Origin: Plasmodiophora brassicae
Taxonomy: Eukaryota
Reading direction: 5' to 3'
NCBI GenBank assembly: GCA_036867785.1
Contig: CP145409.1
Span: 248,001 to 312,000, forward strand
DNA length: 64,000 nucleotides
Part shown: one piece after another, positions 48,401 through 59,955 of the stretch
How the letters are laid out: every line of letters begins with the position of its first letter
Position numbering within the stretch: the first letter of the stretch is position 1
The notes under the pieces: generated by a model
Told to the model about the DNA's origin: nothing
The model's input: the letters and a program-made list of their open reading frames with translations, nothing else
Databases searched by the model: none
Program-made: the position numbers and the translations under genes

Positions 48401-50867
48401 CCTGCGATCGTTCCGGAACGTGTACCTGGCCGTGGTCACCTTGGTCCTGATCGCGTCCGCCATGTTCTACCTGGTGCAGACCATCTACATCGGCAATTAC
48501 GTGGCGATGGAGGACGCGTTCGCGTTGGCTGTCTCCAGGCAGTACTACCTGGCGTACATCGCGTTCAACACGTACAACCTGGTCTTACTGAATCAGGGCG
48601 TTCCGCTCGTATCCCGCGTCGATGAACAAACGGTACGCCGCCAGATCGCCAGTGCGGCGAACAGGCTTCTCGCCGACGACTCAGTCGTCTACACCAGTAC
48701 GCCTCCTGCGTTCCTGCGTCACCTACATTGCTTGGATTCGCTAACGTTTGTGCAGACCGGCATCAATTCGGAAGCCCAGTTGTGGACATGTACGAATCCA
48801 GCTACGTGAACCTGTACTATCTCGTGCCGGGCAGGACGGCGTTCGAGAGCACGACGCTGGAGCGCTCTATGGGCATGTTCGATGCGACCACACAGTACGC
48901 GTCCGCGTCGAATGAGGTGGCGACCATGCCGCTGGCTTCGTTCACCGGCGACAACAGCCTCGTCTTCTTCATCCTGGCATCGTCCGTCGGCACGATCCAG
49001 TCGTCGTTCCGAGTGGCGCTATCAACGTCCGATGCCCTCCTCACAGACCACATGCGGAATTACCTCTCCTCACTGGGTACCTGAGCGTGACGCTCGACGA
49101 CCACTCGCTGCTAACCTGGTCCATCTGTCAGTGACGCTCGGGATCGTACTGGCTGTACTGTGCAACGTGGCCATTCTGGCCGCTGTGGTGGCCATGCTGC
49201 CCAAAGTGCAGCGCATTGAGGGCTCGAAGCGGGAGACGCTGATGATCCTCGCGACGCTGCCATCTTCGTCGATCGCCATGATCAAGGACAACATCAAGGA
49301 TCGTCTCGAGACGATCCATGGCGTGTCGGCGTCGACGCTGGCGCTCTCCCAAGAAGCGGGCACGACACAGGTCAGGCGACGATCACGACGCGGCCGGCCT
49401 ACGACCGCAAAGGAGGCAGTGCCAGCACCGGCAGCCACGTCCATCAACGGGACCAAGTCCAATGACGACGTTTGCATTGCATTCGCACCCAACGAGCCCG
49501 TCGCGAACCTCGCCGAGGAAAATGCAGAGAATGAGGCCGATGTGGACGCTGGCGATGCCAACGCTGGCGACGACGCCGGACACGTGAGACCTGTGGCGCT
49601 CACCGACCAAGAAGCCAATCAGGTTCAGCTGGAGAAGGTTGACTCTGGCAAGATTACAAGTCGACCGAAGGGGAGCGTGCCCGCGACGCCCAAGGACGGC
49701 CACACACAGCCGAAGGACACAAGCGCGTTGCCAGAGAAAGCGGCTAACGAGAGGGCGCACAAGGAGGGCAAGAAGAAGAAGCAGCAGCGTCAGCAGAAGA
49801 GGAAGCAGCAGGTCGCCAAGCGGACGGGTACGGCGACGGAGCGAATACCCGAAGAGCCAGGCGGTGCTAAACGTCGGAGGACGCTGCCCGAAAGGTTCAC
49901 GTCCACAATGAGCGGGCGCGAAGCGCAGGTCATGGTTCGGATCTCGTCCATCATCGTCATCTCCCTGATCTATTTCGTCGTGGCCGAGATCAAGGTCAGC
50001 GATACGGCCAACGTCCTGAGCGCAATGCCGAACGCTCAGCGCCTGGCCGGCGACCGGCATCGCCAGACGATGGCCATCACGCTCCTGCTTCAGTTCTTGT
50101 CGGCCGGCGTGCAATTGTACGGGATCACAGATGACAGCAAGGCCAACGATATCACGCCGACGCGCATCCTGGACGCCATCGTCCAGCTCGAGAAGGTCGA
50201 AGACCTGCTGATCTATGGCGACCCGTCAAGCGGCATGCCTGGCCTGCTGACACAGCATGGCCCGTCGGCCCCTGCGGCCATCAACGACGAGTTCAGGCTG
50301 ATGATGTCGAATGGGTGTACGGGGTTCATCCCCGACGTATCGACCGTGAACGAGACCGACTGTCTGGCGTTCATGGATGGATTGGTCGCCGGCGGCCTGC
50401 ATAACAGTCTGGTGAATTACGCCAGGCTGGCGCGCGGGTTGCTGTCGACGATATCGAGCACGATCGCAACGCAGCCACTGGCCGTGTCGCCGAACAGCAC
50501 CGGCGTCTGGAGCGTGCTGCGACACAGCGACATCGTGGCCAACAACGCCAACCTGGCCCTGCGCAACGTGGTCGAGTTGCAGACCGACTACCTGAACGCG
50601 ATCCAGACGAAGAGCATGTCGCTGTACGCGCAAGTCGCCAACGACCTGGTACCGGTGCTGATGAAGATGGAGGAGATCGCTTTGGTCGTTTTCTTCATGG
50701 CTGTCGTCTTTCAGTACGTGCTGCTCGTACGGCCGCTGATCGCCAACCTCGATCTCGAATGCAAACGGACACGCCTGCTGCTGCTGCTGATCCCCGAGGA
50801 GCGCCTCGCTGAGCTCCACAGCCATAAGCAGATCGTGGCCTGCGCCGACGACATCATCGATGCCTGA
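45411..50867 (+). CDS. TmcB/TmcC-like multi-pass PAS-domain protein (paralog 2), multi-exon
   Basis: Shares motifs with 15942-21111 (LYVMS, LRTLGGALATYLYIPVL, YQPYY, CRNVFEVELCCRP, GTVTHVNDQA, MDPSLRSFRNV, IEGSKRETL, LIYGDPSSGMPG, LDLECKRTRLLL). Confidence 0.82.
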
Positions 50868-51388
50868 CCCGGCCGCGTAGATCCGTCTGAACGCTTCTGT
50901 CAACGCGCGGTCTCGAAATCCCTGAACGACTTCCACATGTGTCGTCATGCCGACGGAATACAAAGCCGATGTAAATAGTAAACCTGGGCCCTTGGAAACA
51001 TACCAGTAGGCAGTACGTCTGAAGGAAATCGTAATCGTGTCAGCAAGGGCCTAACGCCGATCCCGATGTAACCTGCCCACAGGTCCCACAATCCTGTTCG
51101 GGATGGAGCCGTCGTTTCAGGACTGGGCCTGTTTCCTCTCCCTGCTCCGCCTGGGCGGGGTCGTCACCGGCGCCTTTGTCGGAATCGCATCGTCACTAAT
51201 GTCGGTGAATATACACAGCGCGTCGAAGAACGGATTGGAGGCGCCAGTACTGACGCTGCTGTCCTCGATGGGATTCCGCTCTGCGATTTCGGGACCGCTA
51301 AAACGATCTTCCCGTTCGCGGCAGGTAGGACCTCCAGGAGGTCCCAAAGCTTTCAGATCCAATAACGCGACTCTGATTTGCTTCCCCA

Positions 51389-51681
51389 GAGTTTCCCGCA
51401 GCGTGACGTTACGCAGGCTTGGACCACGCCGGGAGCAGGCGCAGGTGCATTGCCTCGATGAATCACGGCGGTGGTCCCCTCGAGTTTCTCGCAGCATGAC
51501 GTCACGCTGGGTGGAACCACGCCGAGAGGAGAGGCGCAACGCCAAGGAGCACTGCCTCGATGAATCACGGCGGTGTCCCCTCGAGTTTCCCGCAGCATGA
51601 TGTCACGCAAGGGTGGACCACGCCGAGCGCAGGCGCAACGCCAAGGAGGATTGCCTCGGTGAATCACGGCGGTGTGACTCA
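51389..51681. promoter_or_regulatory. Three tandem 93-101 bp repeats upstream of secreted paralog 1, carrying CRE-like and AP-1-like motifs
   Basis: Units start at 51389, 51482 and 51583 (GAGTTTCCCGCAGC...TGAATCACGGCGGTG); TGACGTCA at 51497-51504; TGACTCA at 51675-51681. Confidence 0.7.
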
Positions 51682-51794
51682 AAGGTGCTCTCTTCACCGC
51701 TAGGCGGTATTGTGCTTTTCGAGGGACCACTTCGCATTTCGAGTTCGATTGTAAACGACAGAGACAGCATCCTCCGAAAGACACGATCTAGCAC

Positions 51795-53168
51795 ATGAAG
51801 CTGCTTCAGGTATTGTTGGTTGGCACGCTACTCGGGTTCGCGTTCGCCCAGGAGAGTGGGTCCAGTGATCCATCATCGTCGTCTTCGTCGGACGTCTCCC
51901 AGCTGAAGAGTAAGCTGAACGACTTGGCCGACAAGTGCAAGGACCTGGCCAGCAACGGCATGGAAGGCACTGCCGAATACGAGCAGGCTAAGAATGATTT
52001 CGATGGATACAAAGAGCAAGTCCTGGCGGCCGAACCGGATGCTAAGATCCCGGTCGGGTGGCATGCGTGTCACTCCATCGTATGCTGGACTGACCGTGTC
52101 TGATATCAGAGCATCAATACTGGGTCTTCTGGCAGCACGCCGAAGGAGACGCCAGACACGAAGGACGACAGCACGGACGACAAGAAGGATGACACCAAGA
52201 ACGGCAAGAACGACGACAAGGGAGACGACAGGAAGGACGACGAGCCCAATCCCGTAAGAGCACAGCTCCGCTTTTCTATCGCGACACTGAATAGATACGT
52301 CGAAACAGGACAACAACGTGGCCATCCCAACGCCAACGACCTCGCCGAAAGCACCAACGCCAGCTCCGACGCCGAAACCCGCCACGTCGCCGGGCACGCC
52401 TGCGCCGCCGACAAAGCCGGCCACGTCCTCCCAGGCACCGACTCCAAAGCCGTACCAGGCCCCATCGAAGGTAGTCGTCGTACGTTGCACATCAGCCTTG
52501 GCACGAACTGAACATCGTCTCCCCGTGGACAGATGGACGCGACTGAATCCGGTGGCGACCCTTCGTCCAAGGCGTCGTCGGGCTCCAAGCCTGCAACAAC
52601 AGGCGCGAACAACCGCTCGCAGGGAACGTCATCGGGTTCTGACAGACCTGAGTACGGCTCCGACGGATCGTCTACCAACCCTCAGCCGAGCTCGTCGTCG
52701 TCGGGCTACGGGCGCGCCTCCGGTTCGTCTAACTCTGGGTCCCGGCCAGCGTATGTACCGGCCTCCAGCGGTGGCTATCGTGCCGGGTTCTCTGCCTCCA
52801 GCGGTGGCTATCGTGCCGGGTTCTCTGCCTCCATCGGCGGGTCCTACTCCGGCGGGTCCTCGTCGGGAAGCAGCGGCCCGTACCGCTCAGGTGGGTATTC
52901 GCCAGAGTCTCGTTATGGAAGCTCGGGTTACAGCAGCGGGTCTCGTTCGGGAACGTCCAGCTCCGGTTACGACAAGGGCTCCCGCCCCGCTGCTGGCTCG
53001 GGCGAAGCGTCTGCGTACGGCGGCTCTAGCAGCGGGTCCCGCTCTGGATACTCGTACAAGCCGCCAGGCAGTGGGTACCACCCAGGCCAGCAGAGCTCTG
53101 GGTCGTATCCATCAGGCAAAGGTTCCGGGTACGAGAAAGGGTCCCGGGCCGGCCGCGGCAGCTACTGA
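51795..53168 (+). CDS. Secreted modular repeat protein, paralog 1 (signal peptide, helical module, K/D linker, P/T stalk, S/G/Y tail), 4 exons
   Basis: MKLLQVLLVGTLLGFAFA; exons about 51795-52052, 52110-52253, 52309-52470 and 52533-53168 with GT-AG introns. Confidence 0.85.
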
Positions 53169-53235
53169 GAAGGCAAATCTTAAATGAAGTGCCAGGTTCT
53201 CAACTGCGATCGGCGTTAGCGCCAATGGAATTGCA

Positions 53236-53275
53236 TTAGCTGGCAGCACCCTCGATCCGGGCGTCGTCGCGAGCG
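53236..53275 (-). pseudogene. Relic 3' end of the IQ-motif gene (59956-61576)
   Basis: RDDARIEGAAS* here versus RDDVRIEGAAR* at 59956; 53169-53275 also matches 59888-59995. Confidence 0.65.
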
Positions 53276-53997
53276 GTAGCTGAAGGAAGGTCTGGATGCG
53301 GTACCGGGCACGAAGAGAGGCGTCCTGGCATACGTCCTGACCAAGAAGGACCTGGCCGAGGCCCCCCTCCCTCGACATCAAGTGCTGCGATATGATGATC
53401 CTGTTCTGAAACCTGCACCATCGTTACGAACTATGCCACAATGCGGCACACGGTTAGCGATGCCGTCTCGAGGCACTGTCTCGTGGCCCGCATCGCCGTC
53501 ACGGTCTACACGACAATCGACCTGGTTGATTTCGCCAGTACGTGCCGTGTTAACGCCTGCTGATGCCATCGATCAGGTCGTGACGTGCGCTCGCAGGACT
53601 GCATGCATTTGGGAAGGACAATCATAGTTCTCGACGTCGTCCTCCAGGCCCGCATCCAGACGTCGGACCAACACCATGGCCCCGTTCAGCCAGGTCTTCA
53701 CGGCTTCCCGGTCTTTCCAGGGATCCTTGGAGCACTCCTTCAGGTCGATCTTGACCGGTACCCGGAGCCGCTCGCCGTATTCTCGAACATGCCTAACGCC
53801 TTGCTCGCCTCGCTTGCCAGCTCGCCGCTGCAGGGCATGAGTGGAATCCGTGATCGCGCATGGCGCTGGTCGCCAGTTGACAGGGGGAGGGGGGAGGGGG
53901 GAGCGGTTGCACCCTGCGCCCAGAACAAGAGATGAACGAAATCAATCCGTTAGGCGACGATTGTATTACGTTTCGTAATGCCGAAACTCATGATCAT

Positions 53998-54285
53998 TCA
54001 GTTCCTTGAATGATGGGCGCTGAGGAAGGTCTCTAGTCCTTCAAGGATTTGTTGCGGTAGATGCCCGTCACCCCTTGACGCCAGGAACAACTGTATCATG
54101 CTCGAACGATCATCGTGCTGCAGCCGCCGGTCTTCGTGCTGGAGCCGCCGCTCTTCAATCTGGAGCCGATGCGCATGGATCTCACGCCGCAGTTGGCGAT
54201 CCGCATAGCGGTTCCAGACCGACACGGCTGTCCCGAGGACGGCAGCGGCAATGACTGCAATGAATACGATGAGAACGCTGTTCAT
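53998..54285 (-). CDS. Small single-TM or signal-anchored hypothetical protein with RRLQH repeats
   Basis: MNSVLIVFIAVIAAAVLGTAVSVWNR followed by EERRLQHEDRRLQHDDR coiled coil. Confidence 0.45.
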   Translation of the reverse strand: MNSVLIVFIAVIAAAVLGTAVSVWNRYADRQLRREIHAHRLQIEERRLQHEDRRLQHDDRSSMIQLFLASRGDGHLPQQILEGLETFLSAHHSRN

Positions 54286-54669
54286 CGGCCGGTTCTGCAC
54301 GGAAACTGTTTACCCGCGGCAAATGTTATCCACGCCGATGTGGTACCAGCGTCTCCAAACATGTCGGCACAGATCTATAGAAGTGCGGTGGGCGCCCGCC
54401 AGTTGCCAGGGGTCCAAGAAACTGAAGGGGCCGGATTGCACATTAAAACAAGGACGAACCAAATTCGTAGGGCGAAGGGTTGAGCGCAGTGGGGGGGGGG
54501 GGGGTCTCCAAATTATATAGCGCTTCTCGGCGAGGAATGTGCTGCTGGCCGCCAGCCGAACGTTTGCCAGCATGTCGGTGGTGGTATCGGCGGGTCGTGT
54601 TCCCGCCCCAGGCTGGCCAGCCGCGCCTAATTGGCATGGCAACTAAGACGTCACCCGCGCCAAGTCTTA

Positions 54670-55440
54670 TTCGTCATGACGAGCTGATCTCCCGAGGCGG
54701 TACAGGCTGTTGACCTGTGCGGCTGGGTGTAATAAAGAATACGTAACGTGTTATCCAGGCGGCGATCCAGTGGTACAATGACATGAAACATATGCTGGGC
54801 TGTGGAGACCTGTCGTCGGAGATGCCGGGAATATTATCAAGCAGAACGGGGCAACGCCCCCAGCATCCTGCACCAACAGCTCTGATTAACAATGTTTGAC
54901 GGATGCCACGAGTTTTATTTCGATGTGGCGTACATCACGATGAACGACTGCCACACGACGTTGTAGAACAGGACGCTGAACGCCGGTCTGCAGCGCAGTA
55001 TGTGGGATTCCTCAGGGTCGACACTGGGGACCACTGGCCACGATAATGGCGACTGGGGCAGGCCAGCCGCGCGAACCGTGCCAACCCTGCTGCGCCTGAT
55101 CGAGCTCCAGACCGGCCATCTCCAGGCCACGAGCATGTCGCTGTACGCAGACGTCGCCTATGATATGGTGCCGCTAAAGATGTCGTTCGAGGAAGTCCCC
55201 TTGCTCGTCTTCTCATTGCAGGTACCGTCGTCCAGCATCTGGCACTAGGGCGCACACTGTTCGACTTGGAATGCACGCGCGCTGGTCAACCCCCCCCCCC
55301 CCCCCCCCCCCCCCTCTCTCCCCCAAATCGTACACGTTCAGGACGCGTCTGCTTCTGCAGGTGATTCCCGAAGGACGCCATGCTGACGTCCACAACTCCA
55401 AGCACATCATGGCGTGCGCCGAAGCCGTTATGGCCCGCTA
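54670..55440 (+). pseudogene. Decayed fragment of a TmcB-like C-terminus
   Basis: GDLSSEMPGIL, IELQTGHLQATSMSLYADVAYDMVP, DLECTR...TRLLLQVIPEGRHADVHNSKHIMACA align with about 50215-50860; contains stops, frameshifts and a poly-C insertion. Confidence 0.8.
55290..55314. repeat. C25 homopolymer (also G14 at 54491-54504 and G5AG7AG5 at 53883-53901)
   Basis: Read directly from the sequence. Confidence 0.9.
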
Positions 55441-55729
55441 GAACTGATCTGCCCGCCGTTTCGCGGGCGCCTCGCGCAATAAAGTCGTCGTCGCTGAAGT
55501 GGTCCCCAGGTTGCCCGCCGTGACGCAGACGCGCAGCGTGCGTGACGCCACGTCGTTGACCGCGCAGATACCAAGAGCAGGCGCCACGCAACGGGCATCG
55601 GGGATTCAACGGTGCGCTCGCCCCCTTCACCGTCAGGCGATATTGCGCCATTCGAGGAACCATTTCGTATTTCGAGCTCGATTGTGAACGTGAGAGAAAG
55701 CATCCCCCGAAAGACACGGTCCAGCACAT

Positions 55730-57604
55730 ATGAAGATGCTTCAGATATTGCTCGTTGGCGCCCTAATTGGGTTCGCGTTCCCAGAGGGGGGTGCAAGTGA
55801 CCCATCATCGCGGTTCTCGTCGGACGTTGCCCAGCTGAAGAGCAAACTGTACGCCCTGGCCAACACGTGCAAGTATCTGATCAACAGCGGCATGGGAGGC
55901 ACTCCCGAATACCAGCAGGCTAAGAAGGAATTCGACGAATGCAAAGGGCAGGTCCTGGAGGCTGAACCGGATGCTGAGATCCCGGTCGGATGTCACGCGC
56001 GTCGACATTCCATCACACCTGGAACTAACCGTATATGATACCAGAGCATCAATACCGGATCTGCTGACAGCAAGCCGAAGGATGTGCCGGACACGAAAGA
56101 CGACAAGAAGGAGAACCAGCCCACTCCCGTAAGAGCACAGCACCGCGTTCGTATCGCTTCCTGGCCATTGATTAGGTATGTCGAAACAGGACTACAACGT
56201 GGACAACCCAACGGCAAGCCCACCTAACGCCTCGAAAGCACCTACGCCAGCTCCGACGCCGAACCCGGCCACGTCGACGCCTGCGCCGTCATATAAGCCG
56301 GCCAACCCTACCAATGCTCCAACGCCGCGTCCAACGAGCGCCACCACAGCGCCCACACCCTCTCCGACGCCGAAGCCGACGCTGTCGCCTTATACGCCGA
56401 AGCCGACGCCGTCGCCTTACACGCCGAAGCCGACGCCGTCGCCTTACACGCCGAAACCGACGCCGTCGCCTTACACGCCGAAGCCGACGCCGTCGCCTTA
56501 CACGCCGAAGCCGACGCCGTCGCCTTACACGCCGAAGCCGACGCCGTCGCCTTACACGCCGAAGCCGACGCCGTCGCCTTACACGCCGAAGCCGACGCCG
56601 TCGCCTTACACGCCGAAACCGACGCCGTCGCCTTACACGCCGAAGCCGACGACGCCTTACACGCATGCGCCGACGACATCGCCTTATACGCATGCGCCGA
56701 CGACGTTGCCTTACACGCATGCGCCGACGACGGCGCCTTACACGCATGCTCCGACGACGGCGCCTTACACGCCGAAGCCGACGACGTTGCCTTACACGCA
56801 CGCGCCGACGTCGACGCCTTACACGCCGAAGCCGACGAAGTCTTACGCGCATGCGCCGACGACACCTTACACCTACCCGCCGACGACGAAGCCGGCCAGC
56901 CCGAGCCAGGCACCAACTCCGGCACCGACTCCAAAGCCGTACCAGGCCCCACCGAAGGTAGACATCGTACGTTGCACACCCGGCTGAGCACGAACTGAAC
57001 CCTGCCCACCCGGGTACAGATGGACGCGGTTGAATCCGGTAGCGGCCCTTCGTCCAAGGCGTCCTCGGGCTCCAAGCCTGCGACGTCAGACGCCAACTAC
57101 GGCGCGAAATCGGGACCGTCATCGAGTTCTGCCAGCCGTAAGTACGGCTCCTACGGTTCGCCTTCCATCCCTCAGTCGGGTTCGTTGTCATCGAACTACG
57201 GGCGCGCCCCCAGCTCGTCTAACTCTGGGTCCCGGCCAGCTTACCCTGTCTCCAGCAATGGCTCACATTCCGGAGGGTCCTCGACTGGGAGCAGCGACCC
57301 GAACCGCTCCGGTGGATATTCACCAGAGTCTCAGTATGGAAGCTCGGGTGTCGACGGCGCGTCTCGCTCAGGAGGGTCCAGCTCCGGTTACGACAAGGGT
57401 TCGCGCCCCGCTGCTGGCTCGGATGAATCATCTGCGTACGGCGACTCAAGCAGCGATTCCCGCTCTGGATACTCGTACAAGCCACCAGGCAGCAAGTACC
57501 GTCCAGACCAGCAGAGCTCTGGGTCGTATCCATCCGGCAAAGGCCCGGGGTACGACAAAGGGTCTCGGGCCGGCAGTGGCAGCGGCGGCGGTGGCAGTTA
57601 CTGA
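55730..57604 (+). CDS. Secreted modular repeat protein, paralog 2 (expanded TPKPTPSPY stalk)
   Basis: [18 protein letters not shown]; same exon structure as paralog 1; S/G/Y-rich last exon 57020-57604. Confidence 0.82.
56367..56890 (+). repeat. 27-bp coding minisatellite (TPKPT[P/L]SPY x10, then degenerate THAPTTxPY units)
   Basis: ACGCCGAAGCCGACGCCGTCGCCTTAC at period 27 from 56367 to 56636, followed by diverged units. Confidence 0.95.
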
Positions 57605-57867
57605 GAAGGCAAATGAAGTGTCTATCTTGTGCTCAATTGCGACCGGCGATAGCTGGGTTTCCCAATGCATGACGTGACGTCGGTCGGACCGACCGGATAC
57701 CGACAGGTGACGCAACGCTAAGGACCATCGCTCCAGTGACTCACGGCGGTGTGATTCAACGGTGGCCTATTGATCGTTAGGCGATATTTCGCCCTTCGAG
57801 GAACCATTTCGTATATTTGAAGTTCGTTTGTGAACGACAGCATCCCCCGAAAGACACGGTCCAGCAC

Positions 57868-59887
57868 ATGAAGCTGCTTCAGATATTGTTGGTTGGCGCC
57901 CTACTCGGGTTCGCGTTCGCCGAGGACAGTGGGTCCAGTGATCCATCAGCGTCGTCTTCGTCGGACCCCGCCCAGCTGAAGAGCAAACTGTACGACCTGG
58001 CCGACAAGTGCAAGGACCTGGCCAGCAACGGTATGGAGGGTACTCCCGAACACCAACAGGCTAAGAAGGAGTTCGACGAATGCAAAGAGCAAGTTCTGGC
58101 GGCCGAGCCGGACGCTAAGATCCCGGTACGGGTGTCATGCGCGTCGACATTCCATCTTTCCTTGACTAATCGTGTCTGATACCAGAGCATCAAAACTGGA
58201 TCTGACAGCAAGCCGAAGGAGACACCAGATCAGAAGGACGACAAGAAATACGACACGAAAGACGACAGGAAGGACGACGAGAAGGATGAGAAGAAGGATG
58301 AGAAGAAGGATGAGAAGAAGGATGAGAAGAAGGATGAGAAGAAGGATGAGAAGAAGGACGAGAAGAAGGACGAAAAGAAGGTCGACAAAAAGGACGACAA
58401 GAAGGACGACAAGGACGACAAGAAGGTCGACAAGAAGGATGACGGTGCGGATGGCAAGAAGGAGGATAACAATGGCGATGATAAGCAGCTGCCAGCTCTG
58501 CGTAAGAAGTTGCAGTCGTTGGCGAACAAGGTGATCTCGTTGGGCATGGCCGGGAAGAAGGACACGCAGGAATGCGATCAGGCCAAGCAGGAGTTTGACG
58601 AATGCGCCGCACAGGTGAAGGCCATCAAGCCAGACGAGCCCATTCCCGTAAGATCAGGGCACAGCGCGTCACCGTATCATTCGCTGGGCATTAATAAGGT
58701 ACGTTGAAACAGGACTGCAACGTGGCCATCCCGACGCCAACGAGCTCGCCGAAAGCACCCACGCCAGCTCCGACGCCGAAACCGACCACGTCGTCGGACA
58801 CGCCTGCACCGTCATACAAGCCGGCCAACGTCACCCATGCACCGACGCCGCGACCAACGACCGCCACCAAAGCGCCCACGCCAGCTCCGACGCCGAAACC
58901 GACCACGCCAGCTCCGACGCCGAAACCAACCACGCCAGCTCCGACGCCGAAACCGACCACGTCGTCGGACACGCCTCCGCCGTCATACAAGCCGGCTAAC
59001 GTCACCCACGCGCCAACGCCGCGACCAACGACCGCCACTAAAGCGCCCACGCCCTCCCCGACGCCGAAACCGACGACGTCGTCGTACACGCATGCGCCGA
59101 CGACGATGCCGGCCAAGCCCACCCAGGCACCGACCCCGGCACCGACTCCAAAGCCGTACCAGGCCCCGCCAAAGGTAGGCGTCGTACATTGCACACCCAC
59201 CTGTTCACGAACTGAATGTTGTCCCCCCGGGTGCAGGTGAACGCGACTGAATCCGGTAGTGGCCCTTCGTCCAAGACGTCGTCGGGTTCCAAGCCTGCAA
59301 CGTCGGGTGCGAACTACGGGTCGAAATCGGGCGCCTCATCGAGTCCTGCCAGCCGTGAGTACGGTTCCTACGGATCGCCTTCCAACTCTCAGTCGAGCTC
59401 GTCGTCGTCGAACTATGGGCGCTCCTCCAGCCCGTCCAGCTCCGGGTCCCGGCCAGCGTACCCGGCCTCCAGCAGTGGCTCCAACGCTGGATACGCTCCC
59501 TCAAACAGTGGCTTCCGTGCTGGATACGCTGCCTCCAGCGGCGGCTCCTATTCCCGCGAGTCGTCGTCTGGGAGCAGCGGCCCGTACCGCTCAGATGGAT
59601 ATTCACCAGAGTCCCGGTACGGAAGCTCGGGCTACAACAGCGGGTCGCGTTCGGGAGCGACCAGCTCCGGTTACGACAAGGGTTCCCGCCCCGCTGCTGG
59701 CTCGGGTGAATCGTCTACGTACGGTGGCTCTAGCAGCGAATCCAACTCTGGGTACTCGTACAAGTCGCCAGGCAGTGCGTACCGACCAGGCCAGCAGAGC
59801 TCCGGCTCCTATCCATCCGGCAAAGGTTCCGGATACGAGAAATCGTCCCAGGAAGGTGCTGGCAGCGGCGGCGATGACAGCTACTGA
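57868..59887 (+). CDS. Secreted modular repeat protein, paralog 3 (two helical modules, KKDE linker)
   Basis: [18 protein letters not shown]; second module [52 protein letters not shown] exon and S/G/Y exon. Confidence 0.85.
58279..58380 (+). repeat. 12-bp coding tandem repeat (KKDE)n
   Basis: AAGAAGGATGAG repeated about 8 times. Confidence 0.9.
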
Positions 59888-59955
59888 GAAGGCAATCTTA
59901 AACGAAGTGTCCTGTTCTGAATCGCGACTGGCGATATAGCGCCAATGGGATTGCA

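Noticed and set aside
51389-51681. Repeat array as a possible CRISPR
   Set aside because: Units are contiguous diverged tandem copies without unique spacers; eukaryotic context and no cas genes
56289-57191. Arg-rich 'protamine-like' and ACKATASAS repeat ORFs
   Set aside because: Alternative-frame readings of the 27-bp TPKPTPSPY minisatellite
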